Notes: generated by a model not told the origin, from the sequence alone. 46,200 nt of DNA from Clostridia bacterium (GCA_019683875.1 JADGHN010000001.1:1-46200), one strand, 5' to 3'. Counted from the stretch's first letter, positions 17,840 to 29,302 are shown. Numbers and translations are program-made.

Positions 17840-19284
17840 GTGCACATCATCCTGGTGGGCATCAGTCATCGCCAGGCGCCCGTCGCGGTGCGCGAGCGCT
17901 TCGCCGTCCCCGCGGGCGAGGCGCCGAGCTTTCTCCGGACCGTATCCGACCGCGCGCAACTCCGCGAAGCCGTCGTGCTGTCCACGTGCAATCGATTTGA
18001 GCTTTACGCCGTCGCGGACCGTCGCGCCGCGGCCGACGCGCTGCTGTCCGCGCTGCCCTCGATGTTCGACCAGCCGGCGGATGTCCGTCGCCACTTCTAT
18101 GTCCTCGACGGCGTGGATGCCGTGCGCCACCTCTTCCGTGTGGCCGCCGGCCTCGATTCGCAAGTGCTCGGCGAGACGCAGATCCTCGGCCAGGTGCGAG
18201 AGGCGTACGCCGTCGCGCAGGACGCGGCGTGCGTCGGCAAGGTGCTGCACGCGCTCTTCAACCAGGCGCTGGCCAGCGCGAAGCGCGTGCACGCCGAGAC
18301 GGCCGTGTCCCGCAGGCCCGTCAGCGTCGCGTCCGTCGCGGTGGCGCAGCTGAAGGACATCCTGGGCGATGTCGCGGACCGCGACATCCACGTCTGGGGC
18401 GCCGGGGAAACGGCGGCGGACGTCGTCGCGCACCTGTGCGCGGCCGGCGCGCGCGTGACCGTGTTCAACCGCACGGAGGCGCGGGCCGAGGAGCTGGCTG
18501 CGCGCTTCGGCGCGGGCCACGGGCGCTGGAGCGCGCGCCTGCAGGCGCTGTCCCGAGCCGATGCGCTCGTCACCGCCACGGGCGCGCCGCGGCCCGTTCT
18601 GACGGCGCGCGGCGCGCGCCCCGCGCGGGGGGGGGCGCGCCGGCGCCGGCCCCGCGCCCGCGCCCGGGCGCGGGGCGGCGCGCCCGCCCCGGGGGGGGGC
18701 GGGGGCCTGTTGGGGGGGGGGGGGGGGCGCGCCGCGCGCTGGGGGCGGCGCGGCGGCTCCTGATCCTCGACCTCGCCGTGCCGCGGGACGTCGAGCCGGC
18801 CGTCGTCGAGCTTCCCGGCGTGGAGTTGCACAACATCGACGAGCTGAACGCCGTCCTCGAGCGGAACCGCGCGGCGCGCCGCCGCGCCGCGGCGAAGGCG
18901 GAGCGGCTGCTTGAGGAGGATGTCGCGTCGTTTTCCGAATGGGTGCGCAGCCTCGCCGTCGTCCCCCTGATCCGCTCGCTGCGGGAGAAGGCGGAGGAGA
19001 TCCGCCGCAGGGAACTGGAGCGCGCCCTGCGCCGACTGCCGCAGCTGGGGGAGCGCGAGCGCGCCGTCATCGAACAGCTGACGACCTCCATCGTGAACAA
19101 GCTGCTCAATGACCCGACCGTTCGCTTGAAAGAGCTTGCGGGCGACGGTCATGAGGACAAGTACCTGAAAGCCTTCAGCGAGCTGTTCAAGCTCGGCGAG
19201 GGACCGGGCGCGGACGGCAGCGCCGGTGCGGGCGAACCGGCTGCGGACGCCGGCCGCGTCGCGGCCCCGGCGGAGGCGCGATGA
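17840..19284 (+). pseudogene. hemA: glutamyl-tRNA reductase HemA, with the reading frame broken inside a G/C-only tract as sequenced (possibly an assembly artefact)
   Basis: The N-terminal two thirds (VHIILVGISHRQAP, STCNRFELY, GAGETAADV) read from GTG 17840 to TGA 18761..18763. The C-terminal third (LLILDLAVPRDVEP... dimerisation helix) continues in the frame of track ORF 18229..19284. Confidence 0.85.
18603..18762 (+). repeat. 160-nt adenine-free low-complexity G/C tract with G9, G9, G5 and G16 runs
   Basis: There is no A between 18603 and 18762, and only six T. G runs lie at 18627..18635, 18691..18699, 18701..18705 and 18712..18727. An 18-bp perfect palindrome CCCGCGCCCGGGCGCGGG lies at 18657..18674. 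Confidence 0.9.
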
Positions 19285-20237
19285 GCGCGCTGCGCATCGG
19301 GACGCGCGGCAGCCGCCTGGCCCTCTGGCAGGCCGAAGCCGTGCGCCGGCTCATCGAGGCGCGGCACCCCGGCGTCCGCGTGGAGGGCGTGCCGGTGCGG
19401 ACGACGGGCGACGCGCACCGCGGCCCGCTGGGCGCGCTCGGCCCGACGGTCGGCATTTTCGTCAAGGAACTGCAGGAGGCGCTGTTGCGCGGGGACATCG
19501 ACCTCGCCGTGCACAGCGCGAAGGATTTGCCCACCGTGTCGCCGGACGGGCTCGTGGTGGCGGCCTACCCGCTGCGCGCCGACCCGCGGGACGCGCTCTG
19601 CGGGTCGCGCCGCCTCGAAGAACTGCCGCCCGGCGCCGTCGTCGGGACCTCCAGCCCCCGGCGCGTCGCGCAACTGCGCGCGAAGCGACCGGATCTCCGG
19701 TTCGTCCCCCTTCGCGGCAACGTCGACACGCGGATCGAGAAGGTGGCCCGCGGTGAGCTGGACGCGGCCGTGCTGGCGGCTGCCGGGCTCGAGCGGCTCG
19801 GCCTTGGCTCGCACGTGCGGGAGAGGCTGGATCCGGACGTCTGCTGCCCGGCGCCGGCGCAGGCGGCCCTGGCCGTGGAGGCGCGCGCGGACGACGCGGC
19901 CGCGCTGGACGTGGCGCGGTCCCTGGACGACCCGGCCGTGCGGAGCGCCGTCGAGGCGGAACGGGCCGTGCTGTCGGCGCTCGGCGGCGGCTGCTTCCTC
20001 CCCCTCGGCGCGCTGGCGGTGCCGGTTCCCGGGGATGGCGGCGCCCGCGGTGGAGGGGGCGGCCTCCGGTTGCGAGCGGCGCTCGCCGGCCCGCGCAGCG
20101 GGGTCGTCGTGCGCGCGGATGCGCTCGCCCGTCCGGGCGAGGCGCCGGAGGCACTCGGCGCCCGCCTGGCCGAGGCCCTGATGGAACGCGGCGCGGGGCC
20201 GCTCCTGGAGGAAGCGCGCGCCGGATGGCCGTCGTGA
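19281..20237 (+). CDS. hemC: porphobilinogen deaminase (hydroxymethylbilane synthase) HemC
   Basis: LRIGTRGSRLALWQA N-terminus and GGGCFLPLGA containing the cofactor cysteine. There is an ATGA overlap with hemA. Confidence 0.93.
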   Translation: MSALRIGTRGSRLALWQAEAVRRLIEARHPGVRVEGVPVRTTGDAHRGPLGALGPTVGIFVKELQEALLRGDIDLAVHSAKDLPTVSPDGLVVAAYPLRADPRDALCGSRRLEELPPGAVVGTSSPRRVAQLRAKRPDLRFVPLRGNVDTRIEKVARGELDAAVLAAAGLERLGLGSHVRERLDPDVCCPAPAQAALAVEARADDAAALDVARSLDDPAVRSAVEAERAVLSALGGGCFLPLGALAVPVPGDGGARGGGGGLRLRAALAGPRSGVVVRADALARPGEAPEALGARLAEALMERGAGPLLEEARAGWPS

Positions 20238-21154
20238 GCGGCGGGATCCGCGGCGGGATGCCGGACGAGGCGCCGCTGGCCGGGATCGTCGTCTGGAACA
20301 CGCGCCCGCGGGACGACGGCGCGGGCGAGGACGCGCTGTCGCGTGCGCTCGCCGCGGCAGGGGCGCGGGAACTGCGCCTCCCCACGGCGCGCGTGCGCCC
20401 GGCGGAGGATCTGGGCGAGCTGGACGCGGCGCTGCGCGAGGCGGAGCGCGTCCTCGCGTGGGTGTTCACAAGCCCGCGCGCCGTGCGCGTGACGGACGCG
20501 CGCGCGCGTGAACTGGGCGTGCGGCCGGCGTACGATGGGGGGCGCGGGCCGGCGCCGGCCGTGTGGGCCGTGGGGCCGCAGACGGCGCACGCCGTGGCGG
20601 GGAGCGTCTTTCGGGCGCTCCCGCTCCGCGCGCTGGAAGGGCGCGGGGGACGGGACCTCTGGCCCGCGCTGCGGGCGAAACTGCCGTCCCCGGCGCCGGC
20701 GCGCGACACGCTGGTGTGGCCGAGGTCGTCGCTCGCCGCGACGAGCGGGTGGAAGGCCCTGCTCGATCTCGGCTACCGCGGCCTCGCGCCGGTGGCGTAC
20801 GAGACCGAACCCGTGCCCGAGGATCTGGAGGCGGTGCGCAGGGCGGCGCAGGACCCGCGGGGCGGCGTCATCTGGCTGGCCAGTCCCTCGGCCGTGCGCG
20901 GCCTGGCGGGCGCGTGGCCGGGTGCGGCCCGCGACAGATCCCGCTCTCCGGAAGCCTCGCCGTTGGGCGCGTGGCGCGTCGCCTGCATCGGCCCCACGAC
21001 GGCCGCCGCCTGCGAAGCCGAAGGCCTGCCGGTGCACGCGGTCGCCGCCTCGCCCTCACCGGAGGCCGCCGTCGCCGCGATCGCCGCCGCCCTCGACCCG
21101 GCGAACGCGGCCGCGCGCGGCCTCGCCGCCCGAGACCGCCGCAAGAAAGGATGA
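20225..21154 (+). CDS. hemD: uroporphyrinogen-III synthase HemD
   Basis: Position between hemC and hemB, with a HemD-like two-lobed pattern (VVWNTRP..., VFTSPRAV..., IWLASPSAV..., ACIGPTTA). The start is uncertain (ATG 20225, GTG 20234 as a GTGA overlap, or ATG 20258). Confidence 0.8.
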   Translation: MAVVSGGIRGGMPDEAPLAGIVVWNTRPRDDGAGEDALSRALAAAGARELRLPTARVRPAEDLGELDAALREAERVLAWVFTSPRAVRVTDARARELGVRPAYDGGRGPAPAVWAVGPQTAHAVAGSVFRALPLRALEGRGGRDLWPALRAKLPSPAPARDTLVWPRSSLAATSGWKALLDLGYRGLAPVAYETEPVPEDLEAVRRAAQDPRGGVIWLASPSAVRGLAGAWPGAARDRSRSPEASPLGAWRVACIGPTTAAACEAEGLPVHAVAASPSPEAAVAAIAAALDPANAAARGLAARDRRKKG

Positions 21155-21160
21155 AGCCGC

Positions 21161-22192
21161 ATGCCGTTTCCCGTCCACCGTCCGCGCCGCCTGCGCCGCA
21201 CGCCGGCCCTGCGCCGGCTCGTGGCGGAGTCGCGCCTCGCCCCGGACGCCCTCGTGTACCCGTTGTTCGTCGTCGACGCCAAGGGCGTGGCGGAGCCGAT
21301 CGCGGCCATGCCGGGCCAGTTCCGCTACAGTCCCGACCGCGTCGTGGACGCCGCGCGTGAGGCCGCCGATCTCGGCATCCCGGCGGTGCTCCTCTTCGGC
21401 GTGCCGGACCGCAAGGACCCGGTCGGCAGCGGCGCGTACGCGGACGACGGGGTCGTGCAGCGGGCCGTGCGCAACCTCAAGGACGCCCTGCCGGACCTGC
21501 TCGTCATCACGGACGTGTGCCTTTGCGAGTACACCGACCACGGCCACTGCGGCGTTCTCGCCGACCGGCGCGGCCAGCGCACGGTCGACAACGACCCCAC
21601 GCTGGAATTGCTCGCCCGCACCGCCGTCTCGCACGCGCGCGCCGGCGCCGACATCGTGGCGCCGTCGGACATGATGGACGGCCGCGTGGGCGCCATCCGC
21701 CGCGCCCTGGACGAGGAAGGATTCGAGGACGTCGCCATCCTCTCGTACGCGGCGAAGTACGCCTCCGCGTACTACGGGCCGTTCCGCGAGGCGGCGGAGT
21801 CGGCGCCGTCGTTCGGCGACCGCCGCGCGTACCAGATGGATCCCGCCAACGCGCGCGAAGCCCTGCGGGAGATGCGCCTCGACCTCGAGGAAGGCGCCGA
21901 CATGCTCATGGTCAAGCCGGCCGGACCGTACCTGGACATCGTGCGCGCGGCGCGCGAGGCCTTCGACGTCCCCATCGCGGCGTACCAGGTCAGCGGCGAG
22001 TACGCCATGATCCGCGCCGCGGCCGAACGCGGGTGGGTCGACGGCGAGGCCGTGATGTGGGAGTCGCTGCTCGGCATCGCCCGGGCCGGCGCGGACGTGA
22101 TCATCACCTACTTCGCCGTGGAAGCCGCCCGGCGGCTCCAGGGGGGCGGGCCAGCGGCCGCCGCCGCGAAGGGAGACCGGCCCGCACGGTGA
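21161..22192 (+). CDS. hemB: porphobilinogen synthase (delta-aminolevulinate dehydratase) HemB, Zn/Cys-rich type
   Basis: [15 protein letters not shown], the [14 protein letters not shown] metal site, and the Schiff-base lysine context [12 protein letters not shown]. Confidence 0.94.
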   Translation: MPFPVHRPRRLRRTPALRRLVAESRLAPDALVYPLFVVDAKGVAEPIAAMPGQFRYSPDRVVDAAREAADLGIPAVLLFGVPDRKDPVGSGAYADDGVVQRAVRNLKDALPDLLVITDVCLCEYTDHGHCGVLADRRGQRTVDNDPTLELLARTAVSHARAGADIVAPSDMMDGRVGAIRRALDEEGFEDVAILSYAAKYASAYYGPFREAAESAPSFGDRRAYQMDPANAREALREMRLDLEEGADMLMVKPAGPYLDIVRAAREAFDVPIAAYQVSGEYAMIRAAAERGWVDGEAVMWESLLGIARAGADVIITYFAVEAARRLQGGGPAAAAAKGDRPAR

Positions 22193-22959
22193 CGGATCGA
22201 CCGCGGTACCGCCTCGTCGACGTTCGGCTGGATTCGCCCGTGCTGCCGCTCAGTCCCGTCCTCGCCGAGACGCTCGCCGCGTCCGCCGCCGAGGACGGGC
22301 GGCCCGTGGTCCTCCTGCGGCGCCAGCGGCCGTACGTGCTCCTCGGGCCCAAGGACCGGCGGCTGCCGCGCGTCGCCGACGGCCTGCGCTGGCTCGCGGC
22401 GCGCGGGCTTCCCGTCTACCAGCGCATCGGCGGCGGGAGCGCCGTGTGGCTCGACGAGTCGTGCCTCAGCTTCGGCGTCGCTCGCCCGTGCCGCGATCTC
22501 ACGCAGATGGACCGCAACTTCCGGGAACTGGCCGAAGGCGTCGTCCGCGGCCTGCGGCGGCTGGGCGTGGAGGCCCGCTTCGGGGCGGCGCCGGGCTCCT
22601 ACTGCGAAGGGCCCTACGACCTGGTGGTGGGCCAGCCGCCGCGCAAGATCGCCGGCGTCGCGCAGGCCATCCGCGGCGGCTTCGCGCTCGTCAGCGGCAT
22701 GGTGCTCGTTTCCCAAGATCCGTTCGCCGCGACGGCGCTCATTCAGGGGTTCTACGACGCGGCGGGCGACGGGCGCGTCCTCGACGCGGGGGCGGTCACG
22801 TCCCTGGAGAGGGAACTCGGCCGCGCCGTCGGCGTCGACGAGGTGGCCGACGCCCTGCGCGCCGGATTCACGGAAGTGTTCGAGCTCGTGGACGAGCCCC
22901 TGTCGGCGCGGGAGATCGCGCGCGCCCGCCGGCTGGCGGCGGAGCGCCGCCTCGCGTGA
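22189..22959 (+). CDS. biotin/lipoate A/B protein ligase family protein (LplA/LipM-like catalytic domain only)
   Basis: [11 protein letters not shown] resembles the RRxSGGGAV motif, and [14 protein letters not shown] contains the conserved lysine. GTG 22189 overlaps the hemB stop (GTGA). Confidence 0.75.
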   Translation: MTDRPRYRLVDVRLDSPVLPLSPVLAETLAASAAEDGRPVVLLRRQRPYVLLGPKDRRLPRVADGLRWLAARGLPVYQRIGGGSAVWLDESCLSFGVARPCRDLTQMDRNFRELAEGVVRGLRRLGVEARFGAAPGSYCEGPYDLVVGQPPRKIAGVAQAIRGGFALVSGMVLVSQDPFAATALIQGFYDAAGDGRVLDAGAVTSLERELGRAVGVDEVADALRAGFTEVFELVDEPLSAREIARARRLAAERRLA

Positions 22960-23051
22960 TCCGTAAGGAGGAACGTCCGGAGTGCCCGCCGGCCTATGTT
23001 AATCTAATAGATGTGGCAGATTCCGCCTGTGGGCGGCTGGAGGCGAACGAC

Positions 23052-24661
<1,610 letters not shown>

Positions 24662-24662
<1 letters not shown>

Positions 24663-25084
24663 TGCCGGAGCGTCCGATCCGCGTGCTCGTCGCCAAGCCG
24701 GGCCTGGACAGCCACGATCGCGGCGCGAAGGTGCTGGCGCGCGCCCTGCGCGACGCCGGAATGGAGGTCATCTACACCGGCCTGCATCGCACGCCGGAGG
24801 AAGTGGTGCGGGCGGCCGTGGACGAGGACGTCGACGTCGTCTGCATCAGCCTGTTGTCCGGGGCGCATCCGGTGCTCGTTCCGAAGGTGGTGCGCGGCCT
24901 GCGCGAGGCGGGCCTCACGGAGACCGTGGTGCTGCTGGGCGGCACCATCCCCGACGCGGATATCCCCGACATGCTCGCCGCCGGCGTGGCCGGCGTGTTC
25001 GGACCGGGTTCCGACATCGACCGCATCGTTGCCTTCATCCGGGAGAAGGTCGCGGAAGCGCGCGCGGGTGCGGCCCGTGCCTGA
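24662..25084 (+). CDS. acyl-CoA mutase small subunit (cobalamin-binding domain)
   Basis: DxHxxG motif (GLDSHDRGAK), SLLSGAH and LLGGTIP. The ATG overlaps the large-subunit TGA by 1 nt. Confidence 0.92.
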
Positions 25085-26129
25085 GCTGCGCGAACAGCCT
25101 TCGGCCGGAGGCGGCGGGGCGGCAGCCGGCGTGGACGACTGGGCCGGGCGTCTCCTCGCCGGGGACCGGCTCGCGCTGGCGCGGGGCATCACGTGGGTGG
25201 AGAACGGCGACCCCCGCGGGGCCGCTCTCCTGCGCGCCGTGTACGGCCGCACGGGCCGCGCCTGGGTGGTCGGGGTCACGGGCGCGCCGGGCGCCGGCAA
25301 GAGCACGCTCGTCATGGCCCTGGCCGCGCGGTTCGCGGCGGGCGGCCGCACGGTGGGCGTCGTCGCGGTGGATCCCAGCAGCCCCTTCACGGGCGGCGCC
25401 GTTCTCGGGGACCGCGTCCGCTGGACGCGCCGCATCGAAGGCGACGTCTTCTTCCGCAGCCTCGCGAGCCGCGGCCAGCTGGGCGGGCTGTCGCGCGCCG
25501 CGTTCGACGCGATCCGCCTCATGGACGCGGCGGGCCGGGATGTCGTGCTCGTGGAGACGGTCGGCGCCGGTCAGGCCGAGGTCGACGTCATGCGGGCCGC
25601 GCACACGACGCTCGTCGTCTCCGTCCCCGGTCTCGGCGACGAAATCCAGGCCACGAAGGCCGGCATCCTCGAAATCGGCGACATCTACGTCGTGAACAAG
25701 GCCGACCGCGAGGGGGCGGACGACACCGCCCGCGACCTCCGCATGATGCTCGGCCTCTCTCCCCTCGCACAGGGGCGGCGCGAAGGGCTCACGCCCGCGA
25801 GGGACGGCGAGGGCCCCCTCTGGTTTCCGCCCGTCGTCAAGGTCTCGGCGGCGCACGGCACCGGCCTCGAAGAGCTCCTCCGGCACATGGAGGACCACCT
25901 CGTGTACCTCAAGGAGAGCGGGCGCTTCACGCAGCTCGGCCAGGAGGAGGACCGCGCCCGCATGGAGGAGCGCCTGAAGGAACTCGCCTTCCGCGAGGCG
26001 CTCGAGCGCGCGCGGAGGCGCGGCGCGCTGGACGATGTCCTCCTCCGCCTCGCCGCGAAAGAATTGGATCCCGAGACGGCCGCGCGGCTGGTGCTGGACG
26101 CGTCGCGTCCCGAGGAGGCGGAGACGTGA
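25077..26129 (+). CDS. meaB: MeaB/ArgK-type G-protein chaperone of acyl-CoA mutase
   Basis: GVTGAPGAGKSTL P-loop, VETVGAGQ and VVNKADR. The start is uncertain (GTG 25077, or upstream as far as 25029). Confidence 0.9.
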   Translation: MPELREQPSAGGGGAAAGVDDWAGRLLAGDRLALARGITWVENGDPRGAALLRAVYGRTGRAWVVGVTGAPGAGKSTLVMALAARFAAGGRTVGVVAVDPSSPFTGGAVLGDRVRWTRRIEGDVFFRSLASRGQLGGLSRAAFDAIRLMDAAGRDVVLVETVGAGQAEVDVMRAAHTTLVVSVPGLGDEIQATKAGILEIGDIYVVNKADREGADDTARDLRMMLGLSPLAQGRREGLTPARDGEGPLWFPPVVKVSAAHGTGLEELLRHMEDHLVYLKESGRFTQLGQEEDRARMEERLKELAFREALERARRRGALDDVLLRLAAKELDPETAARLVLDASRPEEAET

Positions 26130-27271
26130 ACTTCGCGCTGACGCCGGAGCAGCGCGCGCTGCAGGAAGCCGCGCGGGACTTCGCGCAACGGGAGATCCTG
26201 CCGGGCGCGGCGGAGAACGACCGGACGGGCGATTTCCCCTGGCCGAGCCTGCGAGCGCTGTGGGACGCGGGCTACCTGGGCCTGACGATTCCCGAGGCTT
26301 ATGGCGGCGGCGGGCTCGACATCCTCGCGCACACCCTGGTGCTGGAACAGATCGCCAAGGCCGACGCGGCCGTCGCCGTCCTCATGGAAGTGCACAACAC
26401 GCTGCACGCCGAGGCCGTGGCGCGCTGGGGCTCCCCCGAGCTCAAGGCCGAGGTCCTGCCGCGCCTGGCCGCCGACCGGCTCGGCGCTTTTGCGCTGACG
26501 GAGCCGCAGGCCGGCTCGGACGCGGCCGCGATCCGCACGCGGGCGCGCAGGGACGGGGACGGCTGGCGCATTACGGGCGAAAAGGCGTTCATCACGGGCG
26601 CCGGCCAGGCCGACTATTACCTCGTCTTCGCCGTGACGCAGCCGGACCGCGGCACCCGCGGCATCACCTGCTTCGAGGTGGAGAAGGGCAGCGAGGGCCT
26701 GTCCTTCGGCCGGCCGCAAGCCAAAATGGGCATCCGCGCGGCGCACACCGCCTCGCTGGTCCTCGACGACGTGTTCGTGCCGGACGCGCGCCGCGTCGGC
26801 GAGGAAGGCGCCGGCTACCGCATCGCCCTCTCCGTATTGGACATCGGCCGCATCGGCATCGCGGCCCAGGCGCTGGGCATCGCCGAGGCCGCGCTGGAAC
26901 GGGCCGTCGCGTTCGCGGGCGAACGGGAACAGTTCGGGCGCAAGATCGGCGAGTTCCAGGGCATCCAGTGGAAGCTCGCGGAGATGGCCACGGAGATCGA
27001 AGCGGCGCGCTGGCTCGTGTACCGCGCCGCGTGGCTCGCCACCCAGCCGGGCCGGCACACGCCGGAGATCTCGAAGGCAAAGCTCTTCGCCTCGCGCACG
27101 GCCGTGCGCGCCGCCCTCGAAGCCGTCCAGATCCACGGCGGCTATGGGTACATGCAGGAGGTGGGGGTGGAGCGCCTCCTGCGGGACGCGAAGATCACCG
27201 AGATCTACGAGGGCACGAGCGAGATCCAGCGGCTGGTCATCGCGAACAGCCTGTTGCGCGGCCGCGCCTGA
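26126..27271 (+). CDS. acyl-CoA dehydrogenase (short/branched-chain type)
   Basis: FALTEPQAGSDAAA and the catalytic-base context YEGTSEIQRLVIA. GTG 26126 overlaps the meaB stop (GTGA). The upstream part of track ORF 25193..27271 is an out-of-frame overlap. Confidence 0.92.
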   Translation: MNFALTPEQRALQEAARDFAQREILPGAAENDRTGDFPWPSLRALWDAGYLGLTIPEAYGGGGLDILAHTLVLEQIAKADAAVAVLMEVHNTLHAEAVARWGSPELKAEVLPRLAADRLGAFALTEPQAGSDAAAIRTRARRDGDGWRITGEKAFITGAGQADYYLVFAVTQPDRGTRGITCFEVEKGSEGLSFGRPQAKMGIRAAHTASLVLDDVFVPDARRVGEEGAGYRIALSVLDIGRIGIAAQALGIAEAALERAVAFAGEREQFGRKIGEFQGIQWKLAEMATEIEAARWLVYRAAWLATQPGRHTPEISKAKLFASRTAVRAALEAVQIHGGYGYMQEVGVERLLRDAKITEIYEGTSEIQRLVIANSLLRGRA

Positions 27272-27311
27272 CGCTGCGGCGGCGCGACGCCCGCCCCGGT
27301 CCGCGCGCGGC

Positions 27312-28520
27312 TCACAGGTCCGTGGAGGCCAGCCGTCGCACCCAGTCCCACGCCCAGTGCCACCAGGCGGGGCCGGCGCCTGCGACGGGCGTCGCGGCGG
27401 CGCGCGGCACCTGCACCCCGACGAGCATGGGATAGCTCGCCACCCTGCGCCCGCCCACGTACACGGTCAGCGTGCCCACGCGCAGGCCGCGCGGCACCGG
27501 GGCGCGCATGACCGTCACCGCCTCCGTCCGGATGGCCACCGTGTCCCACGGGGCGGCCCGGACGGTGACACCCGCGGCCGCGGGGACGACGAGCGGCGTA
27601 TAGTATCGCGTGCCGCCGACGACCTGCACCTGGCCGACTTCCTGCCCCGGAGCGAGGAGGCGGCGCGGCTGGAACTGGGCGAAGCCCCAGTCGAACAGCC
27701 GCATGGCGTCGTCGTACTTGCCCTGCTTCGAGTCGCCGAGCACCACGACGATCAGTCGGCGCCCGTCGCGCGTGGCCGAGGCCACGTACGTGTGTCCTGC
27801 GGACGTGGTGTAGCCCGTCTTGACGCCGTCCACGCCGTCGCGGCCGAGGAGCTTGTTCTCGTTCACGTACCGGTGGACCGGGCCGCCCCTGCCGCCGATG
27901 GACGCCTCGCGGGTGGCGACGATCTTCGCGATGAGCGGCGACTGCAGGGCGGCGCGCGTGATGAGCGCCATGTCCAGCGCCGTCGTCTCGTGCGCGGGAT
28001 CGGGCAGCCCGTGCGGATTCGTGAAGTGGCTGTGCGCGGCGCCGGCGTCCCGCGCCGCCTGGTTCATCCACGCGGCGAACGTGTCGATCGACCCGCCCAG
28101 GCCGCGCGCGATCGTCTCGGCCGCGTCGTTGCCGGACACGAGCAGGAGCGCGTAGAGCAACTCGCGGAGCGTCAGGCGCTCGCCGGGCACGAGCCCGGCG
28201 GAGGACCCGGGCGCCGCCGCCGACGCGCGGTCGACGGTCAGAACCTGCTCCGGGTTCCCGTGGCGCAGCGCCACGAGGGCCGTGACGATCTTGGTGATGC
28301 TCGCCGGCTCAAGCCGCTCATTCGCATGTTTCTGATACAGCACGCGGCCGCTCTCGGCGTCGAGCAAGACGGCGGCTTCCGCCGTGACTTCAGGCGGTCC
28401 CGCCGCTTCGGCCACCGGCGGGCCCCAGGCGCGGAAGGACCCGGCGTCCCGGGGCAGCGGCACGCACGTCAAGCACGCCGCCGCAATCCCCGCGGCCGCG
28501 ATGCGGATGAATCGCCGCAA
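27312..28520 (-). CDS. D-alanyl-D-alanine carboxypeptidase (peptidase S11, PBP5/DacB-like)
   Basis: SITK, SGND and KTGYT motifs plus a PBP5-type C-terminal beta domain. The likely start is TTG 28520 after GGAAAGGGGA, which gives a signal-peptide-like N-terminus. The track ORF extends to 28643. Confidence 0.88.
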   Translation of the reverse strand: MRRFIRIAAAGIAAACLTCVPLPRDAGSFRAWGPPVAEAAGPPEVTAEAAVLLDAESGRVLYQKHANERLEPASITKIVTALVALRHGNPEQVLTVDRASAAAPGSSAGLVPGERLTLRELLYALLLVSGNDAAETIARGLGGSIDTFAAWMNQAARDAGAAHSHFTNPHGLPDPAHETTALDMALITRAALQSPLIAKIVATREASIGGRGGPVHRYVNENKLLGRDGVDGVKTGYTTSAGHTYVASATRDGRRLIVVVLGDSKQGKYDDAMRLFDWGFAQFQPRRLLAPGQEVGQVQVVGGTRYYTPLVVPAAAGVTVRAAPWDTVAIRTEAVTVMRAPVPRGLRVGTLTVYVGGRRVASYPMLVGVQVPRAAATPVAGAGPAWWHWAWDWVRRLASTDL

Positions 28521-28669
28521 GCGGACCTGTCCCCTTTCCGTGCGATCCACTGTATGCGCCCGCGCGCGTGCGCAGAACGGCCGCATGTGGAGTTGCCAGG
28601 GAAAAGGAAGGACGCCGGCGGAAGGCGAACGTGGCCCTAGCATCGATTTCTGGATCGGGGTGGCGCGCG

Positions 28670-29302
28670 ATGTTCGTTTCGAATCGGATGGTCACGGACG
28701 TGCCGACGCTGCGCGAGGAACAGACGCTCGCCGAGGCCCTGAACATCATGGACGCCGACAACTGGGAGGCCCTGCCCGTCCTGGCGGAGGACGGTTCGCT
28801 CCTCGGCGTCCTCACCATGGAAGCGATCGTCCATCGCCTCTTGAAGGAGCGGAGCTTCGAGGGTCTCGCCGCGGCGCGGGTGGGGGAGGCGGCCGTCCGC
28901 GGGGTGGCGATCGAAGCGGGCGACATCATCGAAGAGGCCGCCTTCCTCATGAAGAAGCACGACCTGAGCGCCCTGCCCGTCGTGGACGAGAACGGGCGCG
29001 CCCTCGGCGTCATCACCGAGCGCATGCTGTACGGGACGTTCATCGACATGATGGGCCTGCGCGAGCGGGGCAGCCGCATCACGCTGGTCGTGGAGGACCG
29101 CATCGGGGCGCTCGCCGACATCGCGCAGGTGGTGATGCGCAACCGCACGAGCATCGCGAGCCTCGCGACCTTCGTCCCGCCCGACCGGCCGCGCTTCGTC
29201 CAGGTTGTGCTGCGCGTGCGCACCACGACGCCCGAGAAAATCGTCGAGGACCTGCGCGCGGAAGGCTACCGGGTGACGCACGTGTCCCAGGTCTGGGAGT
29301 GA
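28670..29302 (+). CDS. CBS-pair plus ACT domain protein (AcuB-like)
   Basis: Two CBS repeats (LPVLAEDGSLLGVLT and LPVVDENGRALGVIT) are followed by an ACT-like RITLVVEDRIGALADIAQVV segment. Confidence 0.8.
   Translation: MFVSNRMVTDVPTLREEQTLAEALNIMDADNWEALPVLAEDGSLLGVLTMEAIVHRLLKERSFEGLAAARVGEAAVRGVAIEAGDIIEEAAFLMKKHDLSALPVVDENGRALGVITERMLYGTFIDMMGLRERGSRITLVVEDRIGALADIAQVVMRNRTSIASLATFVPPDRPRFVQVVLRVRTTTPEKIVEDLRAEGYRVTHVSQVWE

Noticed and set aside
18603-18762. The G/C tract in hemA considered as a CRISPR-like, REP-like or mobile insertion.
   Set aside because: It has no spacer-repeat periodicity, no terminal inverted repeats, no target-site duplication that I can see, and no second copy in the window. 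I report it instead as a low-complexity tract and possible artefact.
22963-23002. A strong SD-like TAAGGAGGAA is followed by a 6-codon mini-ORF (GTG 22982 ... TAA) upstream of the mutase, which could be a leader peptide. I also considered a B12 riboswitch here.
   Set aside because: The SD-to-GTG spacing is about 11 nt and the peptide (VPAGLC) is featureless. The 90-nt spacer is far too short for a cobalamin riboswitch. I cannot support either without conservation data.
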